DNA of 63,305 nt, counting the filler, from Octopus bimaculoides (lineage: Eukaryota): assembly GCF_001194135.2 (NCBI RefSeq). It is 4 parts of 4 records of this genome, joined end to end, with 100 filler letters (N's around TTAATTAATTAA, not from the genome) between each part and the next. Parts side by side here need not be neighbours in the genome. Positions count along the whole stretch, not along the records: positions 24,832 to 55,144 come from NC_069008.1; 3 more parts are not named here. One strand, 5' to 3'. Positions within the stretch are counted from its first letter, which is position 1. The number at the start of each line of letters is the position of its first letter. Of the stretch, positions 39,161 through 50,274 are shown one piece after another. The notes below the pieces were generated by a model that was not told the origin of the DNA, did no database searches, and saw only the letters and a program-made list of their open reading frames with translations. Made by a program: the position numbers and the translations under genes.

Positions 39161-39710
39161 TGGTAATTATTCTGTTGATCTCTTTTGGCTGAAATGCTAA
39201 GTTACAGAGACGTAAACAAACCAACGCTGGTTTTCATGCAGTGCCAGTAAAAATGTTAACACTGCTAACGTATTTAAATAAAAAAGAAAAACGCGATAGC
39301 TGTACTTTACGACCGAAGTTAAGGGAGATAACCGAATATTTTGAGCCAGCTAAATTTGTAGTTATCTCCCATGCGTTGGTTAACGTAATTATCAGCGCAC
39401 GTATGTGTGTGTGTCCGTGTCCCACTCATACACGTGAAACATGACCTCAGACAGCGCAATCCCTACACAGTACCGGACCAATTTAGCTGGCAAGAATGGG
39501 GCTGGAACTATCTTGGATTTGTGGATTTTCCGTTCATATAAAGACAGTTAAAATACATACTTATAAACATCCAATACACGCATACACTCTTATAATTTAA
39601 TACTCATACAGACTCAAACACACACACACACATATGTACATATATATACATTCAATCAACATCTACTTATACATACCTGCATACTCCGACATGTATACAC
39701 ACACAAACAC

Positions 39711-40061
39711 TGGCACTCCGTCGTTTACGACGTCGAGGGTTCCAGTTGATCCGATCAACGGAACAGCCTGCTCGTGAAATTAACGTGCAAGTGGCTGAGC
39801 ACTCCACAGACACGTGTACCCTTAACATAGTTCTCGGAGGAGATTCAGCGTGACACAGAGTGTGACAAGGCTGACCCCTTTGAATTACAGGCACAACAGA
39901 AACAGGAAGAAAGAGTGAGAGAAAGTTGTGGTGAAAGAGTACAGCAGGGTTCGCCACCAACCCTTGCCGGAGCCTCGTGGAGCTTTTAGGTGTTTTCGCT
40001 CAATAAACACTCACAACGTCCGGTCTGGGAATCGAAACCGCGAGTCCGCTGCCCTAACCAC
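39711..40061 (-). mobile_element. SINE family C, head slightly truncated
   Basis: Near-identical to 27289-27662 and the reverse complement of 41889-42244. Confidence 0.92.
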
Positions 40062-40678
40062 CCACTCAATACAGTGTACAGCAAATTGCATAGTATTCCT
40101 GGATTTCTGGAATCCAATAAAAGGTCCGGTACTGTATTTTACCTATATCAGTTATTCTCAACCCTTTTTTTTTTCCGCCTATGGACACAGTTGATCCCTT
40201 TTTTTTTTTACAGTCATTCAATGTTTATAAACTCCAACTATATTGTGATTGAATATTATTATTATTACGAATTGTATAAATGTTTAAATGTGTTTTTTTT
40301 TTTATTATCATTATTTTATTCTTTTACTTGTTCCAGACATTTGACTGCAGCCATGCTGGAGCACCGCCCTGAACAGTTTTAGTCGAACAAATCAATCCCC
40401 AGGACACATTTTTCAAGCCTAGTATTTCTTCTTTGCCGAACCGCGAAATTGCAGAACCCAAAACCGTGTGGTTGTGAAGCGACTATCTTAACCAGAAAAT
40501 CATGCCGAGGTCGATAAATATCCTAAAAATCTAAATCCAAACGTAATTCCTGGATATTTGGATTTACAAACGTTTTGCTAATTTCCACATGAACAACAAC
40601 TAAGCAGAGATGGAGTTTAGAGTTATCTTTCCCTTATTAACACATTATGTATTTCAAACGAATGCACTTGGCCTAGTG

Positions 40679-40853
40679 CGATGGTGCCCAACCTGTGGTC
40701 CGCTGACCCCTGGTGGTCTGCAGTGGTAGTAGTAGTAGTAGTAGGGGCCCGTGAACATGTTAAGCTGACAGACCTTTCAATATCCAAGGGTCCGTGGGAA
40801 AAAAATCATTTAGATAAAAGGGGTCCTTGGCAAACCTAGGCACCAAACCACTA
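40679..40853. mobile_element. hAT (Charlie-like) MITE remnant
   Basis: tggtgcccaacctgtggtccgctgacccctgg...gggtccgtgg...aaaccacta resembles cagtggttcccaacct-type ends. Confidence 0.5.
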
Positions 40854-41121
40854 ATCCGTTTATCATTAAATTAACATTTTCGTTAACGATTTAACTTCTA
40901 AGTTAACATTGGAAATTATTATCAGACTAATTAAATTGAAGTTAACGGATTTTGTAGTTCTGGTACTTCTAAAATATATTTTTAGGTGGTTTTAGAGCAA
41001 AAACTGGGGGGGNNNNNNNNNNNNNNNNNNNNNNNNNNNNNNNNNNNNNNNNNNNNNNNNNNNNNNNNNNNNNNNNNNNNNNNNNNNNNNNNNNNNNNNN
41101 NNNNNNNNNNNNNNNNNNNNN

Positions 41122-41490
41122 ACTCTTTTACTCTCTTTTACTTGTTTCAGTCATTTGACTGTGGCCATGCTGGAGCACCGCCTTTTTAGTCGAGCTAATC
41201 GACCCCAGGACTTATTCTTTGTAAGCCTAGTACTTATTCTATCGGTCTCTTTAGCCGAACCGCTAAGTTACGGGGACGTAAACACACCAGCATCGGTTGT
41301 CAAGCGATGTTGGGGGGACAAACACAGACACACAAACACACACATACACATATACAACAGGCTTCTTTCAGTTTCCGTCTACCAAATCCACTCACAAAGC
41401 TTTGGTCGGCAGTAGAAGACACTTGCCCAAGTTGCCACACAGTGGGACTGAACCCAGAACCACGTGGTTGGTAAGCAAGCTACTTACCAC
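41122..41490 (-). mobile_element. SINE family A with small internal deletion
   Basis: Close to family consensus. Confidence 0.88.
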
Positions 41491-41584
41491 AGAGGAAATA
41501 ACTGATTAGTGGTTGTCGAAGTTAACTTTTCGATTAACGGTGCCCACCTTTGGTCTTTGGTAGTGAAAAGGTTGGGAACCACTG

Positions 41585-41810
41585 GCTTAGTGGTTTTGGG
41601 GTTGCACTCGCAATCTTGTGATCGTGGTTTCGATTCCTGGACCAGCAGTGCGTTGTGTTCTTGGGGGGTAAAAACGCTATATTTCGCATTGTTCTGGTCA
41701 ACACAGCTGCAAATGAATTTGCGACAGGCTGGCATTTCGTTCAGGGACGAGTGTAGTCCTGTCCACCTGGCCAACGGGATGGCATCATTCAGAAGCTTAC
41801 AACAAAGCGA
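41585..41810 (+). mobile_element. tRNA-derived SINE (family E)
   Basis: gcttagtggtt...ggtttcgattcctgg A/B-box-like head followed by gcgttgtgttcttgg body; preceded by a hAT-like end aaaaggttgggaaccactg. Confidence 0.6.
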
Positions 41811-41888
41811 GGGGACACATACTTTGTTTTTATTTGTCTCAGTCATTTAACTGCAGCCAAGCTGGAGCACCGTCTTTAGTCGAACAAA

Positions 41889-42244
41889 CCAGTGGTTAGG
41901 GCAGCGGACTCGCGGTTTCGATTTCCAGACCGGGCGTTGTGAGTGTTTATTGAGCAAAAACACCTAAAGCTCCACGAGGCTCCGGTAGGGGATGGTGGCG
42001 AACCCTGCTGTACTCTTTCACCACAACTTTTTCTCACTCTTACTTCCTGTTTCTGTTGTGCCTGTAATTCAAAGGGTCAGCCTTCTCACACTATGTGTCA
42101 CGCTGAATATCCCCCCTGAGAACTACGTTAAGGATACACGTGTCTGTGGAGTGCTCAGCCACTTGCATGTTAATTTCACGAGCAGGCTGTTCCGTTGATC
42201 AGATCAACTGGAACCATCGTAGTCATAAGCGACGGAGTGCCAAC
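41889..42244 (+). mobile_element. SINE family C
   Basis: ccagtggttagggcagcggactcgcggtttcgatt...gacggagtgccaac. Confidence 0.92.
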
Positions 42245-42484
42245 ACACAAAGACCTTTCTGCATTTGCTAGTTGTAGCATTTCTTCATTAGTTTTATGTT
42301 TGATCCGAGAAGAGGCAAAGTGGCTGAGCTTCTTCTGAGTGTTGGGCCCCATGGAGGCATTGACAAACACATTTGGCATTATGTCGTGCTTGAGAAGAAG
42401 CCCTATCAAGCCAAGCAAAATCGCAATCGTGGAAGATGCTGGTGTCATGCAAATGGCACGTAAAAGCACCCATTACACACTGCT

Positions 42485-42690
42485 ATAGGCACAAAGCCTG
42501 AAATTTGGGGGGAGAGGGGACCAGTCAATTACACTGACCCCAGTGCATAACTGGTATTTAATTCATTGACTCCAAAAGGACAAAAGGTCAAGTCGACCTC
42601 GGTGGAATTTGAACTCAGAATGTAAAGCCGACAACATGCCACCAAACATTCTGTCCAGCGTGTTAAAGGTTCTACCAGCTCACTGCCTTA
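42485..42690 (-). mobile_element. SINE family B (tail type 2)
   Basis: ggcacaaagcctgaaatttggggg tail plus aagtcgacctcggtggaatttgaactcag core and head. Confidence 0.82.
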
Positions 42691-43135
42691 ACAACGACAG
42701 CAGCAACATTATTTGTGATGAACTTTCAGTGTTTGCATGAATTGCATGTGTTGAACGAACACGGGTTACGATACGTTATCACATATGCAAGGATATAATG
42801 ACCAGACTTGTGTGTGTGTGTGTGTTTGAGTTTTAAGGTTTTTATGGAGGGTTTTATCCACATTAAGACAGGTATAGAGAAATGAGGTAGCTATAGGTAA
42901 ACACACGATGAAGAATGAAAAATGATGAGGGAAGAAGAATGAAGAAAGAAAGAGGAGGAAAACAGGAGAGGAAGAAGTAGAATGGATGGTAGAAAGAAAG
43001 AAAGAAAAACAAAAGAAGGAAGACAGAAAGAAAGAAAGCAATTCAGAAAGAAAAAAAAAAGAGAGAGAGAAAGCCAAAGAGACTGAATGAGAAAGAAAGA
43101 GAGAAAAATGAGAAATACAAAGAGAGAAATGACAA

Positions 43136-43166
<31 letters not shown>

Positions 43167-43319
43167 NNNNNNNNNNNNNNNNNNNNNNNNNNNNNNNNNN
43201 NNNNNNNNNNNNNNNNNNNNNNNNNNNNNNNNGGGGAGAGGGAGAAAACAGAAAGAAGGTTGGGGGTGGGAGGAACTGATGTAAACAAGACACGAATATA
43301 TATGCACCAAAAGTCAAAT

Positions 43320-43369
<50 letters not shown>

Positions 43370-43549
43370 TCACGGCACGGTAGTAGTTGTCTGAACACAA
43401 AACATATTGAGCGTAGAAACTGGTGATACATTCATAAATACATAGAAGTGCCAACCAACAAAACGCCCGAATCCTGAGTCACACCGTAACTCAACTTCTG
43501 ACAATAATGTTTTATATATTACAGATATATATATATATATATATATACA

Positions 43550-44300
43550 CAGGGTGTAGTGAATATATTGTCGTCTAAATTACACAAAAACGAAAATAAC
43601 ACTGACATCTCATTTTAACAGATATATTTACCAAAGTTACAGAAAAATATCTCGAAATACTGAAGAGTAAATTTATTCAATAAAATCGCCATTGGCTTCA
43701 TCCACGGCCCCCAGACGACTTCGGAATCTCCTACAACTCGTCTGGATGGTCTCCTTGTTTAAAGTTGGTGAATGCTGCCATAATCCTTGCTTTCGATTCA
43801 TCTTTGGGGTTACAAGGAGTTTTGTTGGTTTCTCGCTCAACTGTGCCCCACACATAACAAACAAGGGGGTTGCAGCCCGGGGAGTTAGGTGGCCAGATGT
43901 TAGGGGCAATGTGGTCGCAGACATTGTCTGACAGCCGTGACTACGTTCTCCTGCTTGTGTGGTATGGTGTGAAGTCCTGTTGCCAGACACAGTCTTCCAA
44001 CAGCCACTCTCTTGACCCAGCACTACCTCCTCCAGGCACTTGATGAAGGCCTCTGTGTTGAGTCAGAGGCCATGTGGGAAGACGAATGGAGGCATAACGT
44101 CACCATCACTAGTGATCACTCCAAACACCTTTGTAATCCCCATTAGACTCCTCCAACTCTTTCCGAATCTTCTGCACTGTCCTCAGATTGACACTTAAAC
44201 ACTCTGAAATGTTCATAACGGAGCTTCTGGCAAAATCAAAAACAAATGCACATGCGCAAAATTAAATATAAAATAGCAGCAATTTACCCATCGTACTCTG
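43550..44300 (-). mobile_element. Internally deleted Tc1/mariner transposon, DD37D (maT) type, pseudogenised transposase
   Basis: Minus strand: SSVMNISECLSVNLRTVQKIRKELEESN (HTH-like N-terminus) fused to VFGVITSDGDVMPPFVFPHG...WQQDFTPYHTSRRT...WPPNSPGCNP...VWGTVERETNKTP...GDFIE*. About 37 residues separate the QQD and the NPxD position; imperfect TIRs cagggtg/cagagta with TA flank. Confidence 0.9.
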
Positions 44301-44385
44301 TATATACTCATGCTTTGAGATGTTTTCTGGTTTGCATCACCAAACCCATATATATAATCCTTGCACACACACACACACACATATG

Positions 44386-44505
44386 TGTAGAAACTCTGCC
44401 AAATCAGATTGGAGCCTGGTGTAGCCATCTGGTTCACCAGTCCTCAGTTAAGTTCGTCCAACCCATGTAGCATGGAAAGCGGATGTTAAACGATGATGAT
44501 GATGA
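44386..44505 (+). mobile_element. RTE-type LINE 3' end with (TGA)n tail
   Basis: ...ccaacccatgtagcatggaaagcggatgttaaacgatgatgatgatga. Confidence 0.85.
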
Positions 44506-45109
44506 CACACACATACAAAAAACATACACACACACACACAGGAATTTCAACCATGTTTCGTGGTCTGCTACCACAACAGCTCCTTTATAGGATCCAGTTA
44601 GCTCAAGACATCATCAGGAGGAACCACGTCCGGTTTCGGCCCCTACTCCTCTACCGTTTTGACGTGGCGGGGCCACCCGCTTTCGGAGGTGTCTTCAGCT
44701 CTGGTGTTGGGTGCATGTCTTCTTTCACTGTTTGTGACTGTTCTAATTCAACTGTGGAATGTACACAAACGTATGTACACACACATATATATACACAAAC
44801 GTACACACACACACACACACACACAAATATATATATCAAGCTAATATCTATCTTACATCTTCACACAGACAGACACACACCTCTATAACTGAGCAGGAGG
44901 CAAACAACCTCCAAACAACAACAACAACAGCAACAACAAAAGTGGCAGCGGTGACCTGTTGGAGTGGAGGCAGCGGAGTCGAGAGGGAGGGAGGTGAGTG
45001 GCAGCAGGAGTGGGGTGTATTTAACCTGGATTCGCAGGAGGCAATCTGCAGATCGACACCTCTTCAAAACCTCAAAACATCTAACTCATGAGAACATACA
45101 ATACCATAT

Positions 45110-45144
<35 letters not shown>

Positions 45145-45174
45145 CAACAAAGATTACAACACACACACTCATAG

Positions 45175-45210
<36 letters not shown>

Positions 45211-45522
45211 ATGTGATTTAACGTCCCTTTCATATGCTAGTATGGGTTGGACTACTTTGTTCTAATACAATATCTGACCTGATCTAGGAATTAGTCTGTA
45301 TTTTTCTTTTTTAGGTCATTCACTATTTACCGCTGTGTTGAACTCCAATTGAGAATATTTCGTTCGTTCGTTTGTTTGTTTGTTTTGTTTTGTTTATTTA
45401 TTTATTTATTTATTTATTCATGTTTGTTAAGCTTTTTTTTTTTCTCCGCTTTTTTTTTTTTGTTTGTTTGTTTACTCTTCACGCTGGTTCCTCAAACGCA
45501 AGGCAAGCTTCGAATTGACGCA

Positions 45523-45567
45523 AAGAAAGAAAGAAAGAAAGAAAGAAAGAGAAAGAGAGAGAAATAG

Positions 45568-45598
<31 letters not shown>

Positions 45599-45795
45599 GA
45601 GAAAGAAAGAAGATGAAGAAGAAAAGAAAGAAAGAAAGGAAGGAAGGAAGGAAGAAAGAAAGAGAGAGAAAGAAAGAGAGAGAAAGAAAGAGAGAGAAAG
45701 AAAGAAAGAAAAAGAGAGAGAAAGGAAGAAAGAAGATGAAGAAGAAGAAGGAAAGAAAGAAAGAAAGAAGGAAGGAAGAAAGAAAGAAAGAAAAT
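45523..45795. repeat. (GAAA)n/(GAA)n polypurine tract
   Basis: About 270 bp almost devoid of pyrimidines on the + strand. Confidence 0.95.
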
Positions 45796-46884
45796 CAAAA
45801 TTCACGACCACATCAACAACGTTTTTTTACGTTCTGTTATAATCAGAACACGGAAAAAAATTAAGTCAATTATTTTTGGTNNNNNNNNNNNNNNNNNNNN
45901 NNNNNNNNNNNNNNNNNNNNNNNNNNNNNNNNNNNNNNNNNNNNNNNNNNNNNNNNNNNNNNNNNNNNNNNNNNNNNNNNNNNNNNNNNNNNNNNNNNNN
46001 NNNNNNNNNNNNNNNNNNNNNNNNNNNNNNNNNNNNNNNNNNNNNNNNNNNNNNNNNNNNNNNNNNNNNNNNNNNNNNNNNNNNNNNNNNNNNNNNNNNN
46101 NNNNNNNNNNNNNNNNNNNNNNNNNNNNNNNNNNNNNNNNNNNNNNNNNNNNNNNNNNNNNNNNNNNNNNNNNNNNNNNNNNNNNNNNNNNNNNNNNNNN
46201 NNNNNNNNNNNNNNNNNNNNNNNNNNNNNNNNNNNNNNNNNNNNNNNNNNNNNNNNNNNNNNNNNNNNNNNNNNNNNNNNNNNNNNNNNNNNNNNNNNNN
46301 NNNNNNNNNNNNNNNNNNNNNNNNNNNNNNNNNNNNNNNNNNNNNNNNNNNNNNNNNNNNNNNNNNNNNNNNNNNNNNNNNNNNNNNNNNNNNNNNNNNN
46401 NNNNNNNNNNNNNNNNNNNNNNNNNNNNNNNNNNNNNNNNNNNNNNNNNNNNNNNNNNNNNNNNNNNNNNNNNNNNNNNNNNNNNNNNNNNNNNNNNNNN
46501 NNNNNNNNNNNNNNNNNNNNNNNNNNNNNNNNNNNNNNNNNNNNNNNNNNNNNNNNNNNNNNNNNNNNNNNNNNNNNNNNNNNNNNNNNNNNNNNNNNNN
46601 NNNNNNNNNNNNNNNNNNNNNNNNNNNNNNNNNNNNNNNNNNNNNNNNNNNNNNNNNNNNNNNNNNNNNNNNNNNNNNNNNNNNNNNNNNNNNNNNNNNN
46701 NNNNNNNATACATACATGTGTGTATGTGTGTGTATGTATGTATGTATGTATGTATGTATGTAGCCACACACACACCCAGTGAGTAGTCTTTTCTCCACAT
46801 ATATACACATACATCTGTATGCATACATATACCTATACACATACATACACACAAATACACGTATATTTTATACACACACACACA

Positions 46885-47031
46885 TTGACCCCAGTGTTTA
46901 GTTGGTACAGTCTTTTATCGACCCTAAAAAGCTGAAAGGCTACGCTAACCTCGGCTAACTAGAGATGTAATGCCGGAAGATAAGCTGCAAAGCATTTTGT
47001 CCGACATGTTAATGATTCTGCCAGATCACCA

Positions 47032-47035
<4 letters not shown>
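46885..47035 (-). mobile_element. Old SINE family B fragment
   Basis: ttgaccccagtg...ttatcgaccc...gaaaggc...aacctcggc...gattctgccag. Confidence 0.6.
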
Positions 47036-47085
<50 letters not shown>

Positions 47086-47106
47086 CAGTAGTAGTAATAA
47101 TAATAA

Positions 47107-47440
47107 TGTGATAAGGGAGAAAGAAAAGTCGGGAGATATGACAGGTTAGCTTGGGAAGTTAAGCAGTTGTGGTCTGCGAAAAAGGTAGCAGTAGTACCAA
47201 TAATTGTCGGAGCCCTGGGAACAGTGAGTAAAAATCTTGAGAAGTATGTGGAACAAATAGGGGCTGCAATAAGGGTGGAGCACTTGCAGAAAACAGCACT
47301 GCTTGGAACCGCTAGAATACTCCGGAAGGTGCTCGAAAAATAAGAGGTGTTACCTTAGTTCACTGGTAGTAAACAGCTGACACTGTAGTACATTTCCAGT
47401 GTTAAAAGCTGTGCAAAGGCAATAATAATAATAATAATTG
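47107..47440 (+). mobile_element. 5'-truncated R4/Dong-type non-LTR retrotransposon (restriction-like endonuclease C-terminus plus 3' UTR) in (TAA)n
   Basis: Uninterrupted frame 47107-47343: CDKGERKVGRYDRLAWEVKQLWSAKKVAVVPIIVGALGTVSKNLEKYVEQIGAAIRVEHLQKTALLGTARILRKVLEK*; (TAA)n on both sides. Confidence 0.88.
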
Positions 47441-47541
47441 TGGTGGTGGAATAATTGAAAAAAAGGAGTTCAAAGGAAAAAAAGGGTTTATTAGTCTAAG
47501 GGAAACAACTTGTATAATTTCTGAAATGACTTATTGGCTGT

Positions 47542-47577
<36 letters not shown>

Positions 47578-47800
47578 TGTATATTTTTTGACAGAAAGAA
47601 AAAAAAAGCTAGTAAACAAGGTGAAAGGAGTACTCAATATAAAATGTAGAGTTGTGTATAAATACATACTGATGCCTATGTATGCATGTATGTCTATGTG
47701 TGCGAGTAACTACATTTCATATTGAGCGTTCTTTTCTCCATGTATATAAACATATACATACATATATCCATACATATATATACACACAAATAAACACATG

Positions 47801-47834
<34 letters not shown>

Positions 47835-47980
47835 GATGGGCTTCTTTCAGTTTTCATCTACCAAATCCACTCACAAGGCTTTAGTCGGCCCAAGGCTATT
47901 GTAGAAGCCACTTGCCCAAGGTGTCACGCAGTGGGACTGAACCCGGGACCATGTGATTGGTAAGCAAGCTACTTACCACA
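47835..47980 (-). mobile_element. SINE family A, 5' half
   Basis: Family A head and body. Confidence 0.85.
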
Positions 47981-48030
47981 CACACACGTATGTGTGTATA
48001 GAGAGAGAGATAAACAGATACACACATACA

Positions 48031-48077
<47 letters not shown>

Positions 48078-48119
48078 TGTATATATGTATATACATATAT
48101 ATATATACACATGTATTTT

Positions 48120-48172
<53 letters not shown>

Positions 48173-48692
48173 GTGTGTGTGCAAAGTAACAAGAGCAGTA
48201 GCACATCCACTGCCACTTAAAAGAATCCAGGTCAAGAGAAAAACAATTTTCTCCAGCAGGCAGATGTTACAGACAGATTAGAGATATTTGGAATAGAGAC
48301 TTAATCCTAGCCACCCCACACACACCGTCAAGACAAAACAAAACAAAAAAAAAAAAAAATTAGAGAAAGAAATAAAGGAAGGAAGGAAGTTACCGTTAAA
48401 CCTATTCGCAAATTGATATTAGTTAATTAGTACACAAACGAGAATGAAGAAGTTGTAGTTTGTTGATGTAAAGAATAGAATGAAAACGGAATGAAAAAGT
48501 GTGGATGGTTTTGGCGACTCTAGTTATGAGTTGATGCGTTTTTTAACCTCGAACGGTATGTAAACGGTGGAATGGAAGATATCTGCTGGTACCAGGTTGA
48601 GTGACCAAACGCAGAGTCCTAGCCCATCCCTATACTCAGCTGACCAACCTTCTTAATATATCAGAATCTTGTCGTGCGCACACTCACAGATA

Positions 48693-48998
48693 TCATCATC
48701 ATCATCATCATCATCGTCGTTTAACGTCCGCTTTCCATGCTAGCATGGGTTGGACGATTTGACTGAGGACTGGTGAAACCAGATGGCCACACCAGGCTCC
48801 AATCTGATTTGGCAGAGTTTCTACAGCTGGATGCCCTTCCTAACGCCGACCACTCAGAGAGTGTAGTAGGTGCTTTTACGTGCCACCAGCACGAAGGCCA
48901 GTCAGGTGGTACTGGCAACAGCTACACTCAAAATGGTATATTTTATGTGCCACCTGCACAAGAGCCAGTCCAGGGGCACTGGCAACGATCTCGCTCGA
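48693..48998 (-). mobile_element. RTE-type LINE 3' end
   Basis: (cat)n tail and ~300 bp of the shared 3' UTR. Confidence 0.87.
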
Positions 48999-49027
48999 AA
49001 ATATATATATATATATATATATATATA

Positions 49028-49405
49028 GGTGCAGGCGTGGCTGTGTGGTAAGAAGCTTGCTTCCCAACCACATGGTTCTGGGTTCAGTCCCACTGCATGG
49101 TACCTTGGGCAAGTGTCTTCTACTACAGCTTCGAGCTGACCAATGCCTTGTGAGTAGATATGGTTGACGGAAACGGAATGAAATCCATCGTGCATATAGT
49201 GTCTCTGGGTCTGTGTTTGTCCCCCTACCACCACTTGACAACCGGTGTTGGTGTGTTTATGTACCCATAACCTAGCGGTTCGGCAAAAGACACTGATAGA
49301 ATAAGTACTGGGCTTAAAACTAAGTACTGGAATCAATTCAACTGACTAAAAATTCAAGGTGGTGCCCCAGCATGGCCGCAGTCCAATGATTGAAACAAAC
49401 AAAGG
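49028..49405 (+). mobile_element. SINE family A, full length
   Basis: A box tggctgtgtgg, B box ggttcagtccc, body, 3' module ...ccccagcatggccgcagtccaatgattgaaac. Confidence 0.9.
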
Positions 49406-49414
49406 AATACATAT

Positions 49415-49593
49415 AGGCACAGGCATGGTTGTGTAGGACAGAAGTTTACCTCTCAACCACATGGTTTCAGGTTCAGTGACAGAAGTTTACCTCTCAACCA
49501 CATGGTCTCAGGTTCAGTCCCAGAAGCATGACACCTTGTGCATGTGTCTTCTATTATAGCCTCGGGCTAAACAAAGAGTGTGAGAAGCTTGTC

Positions 49594-49653
<60 letters not shown>

Positions 49654-49980
49654 ATGCATATACATACGTACAGTGTGTAGATATAATATATACACACATA
49701 TATACACAACAGGCTTCTTTTAGTTTCCATCCAAGACTTTGTTTGGCCTTGGGCAATGGTAGAAGGCACTTGCCCAAGGTGCCACACAGTGGGACTGAAC
49801 TGCGACTCATATGGGTGGAGAGCAAACTTCTTACCACACAACCATACGCATACGTATATGTATGTATCTATGTGCTGTGAGTGTGTGCGTCCCAGCACCC
49901 ACCATTACACTGCTTAATAATCAGTGCTGTTTGTTCGTGTCACATAACTTAACGGGTCAACAAATACGGATTGATAAAAT
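49415..49980. mobile_element. Older SINE family A fragments in both orientations, incl. a 41-bp tandem duplication (49437-49518)
   Basis: Heads at 49415-49575 (+) and 49705-49845 (-), 3' piece 49870-49980 (+). Confidence 0.65.
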
Positions 49981-50274
49981 AATTACTCAAGAAAAATACT
50001 GCACTTGATATGCTCGACAAAATCCTTGAACGAGAAAAGCAAAATGTGTGTGTGTGCGTGTGTGTGTGAACGTGCATGTCATCATTTAACATCCACCTTC
50101 CATGCTAGCATGGATTAGATGTCCCACCCCGACCAAACCCACACTAACCCATGCTACAATTGGAGTCTAGGAATGGCTGCTCATGGTGTTAGGCCTAAAT
50201 TTGACAGTTTGCATAAAAGGAGAAGAGAATAATATCCCACCCCAAATTAAAAGTTTTAAAAAATCATTAAATAG

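Noticed and set aside
39323-39370. 10-bp perfect inverted repeat gggagataac/gttatctccc
   Set aside because: Probably the collapsed ends of a MITE (a similar end lies near 40620-40635); too short to classify.
49028-49100. tRNA-like A/B boxes
   Set aside because: SINE heads continuing into SINE bodies; no complete cloverleaf with acceptor stem, so no tRNA gene is called.
49437-49518. 41-bp tandem duplication in a SINE head
   Set aside because: Ordinary local slippage duplication in a decayed repeat.
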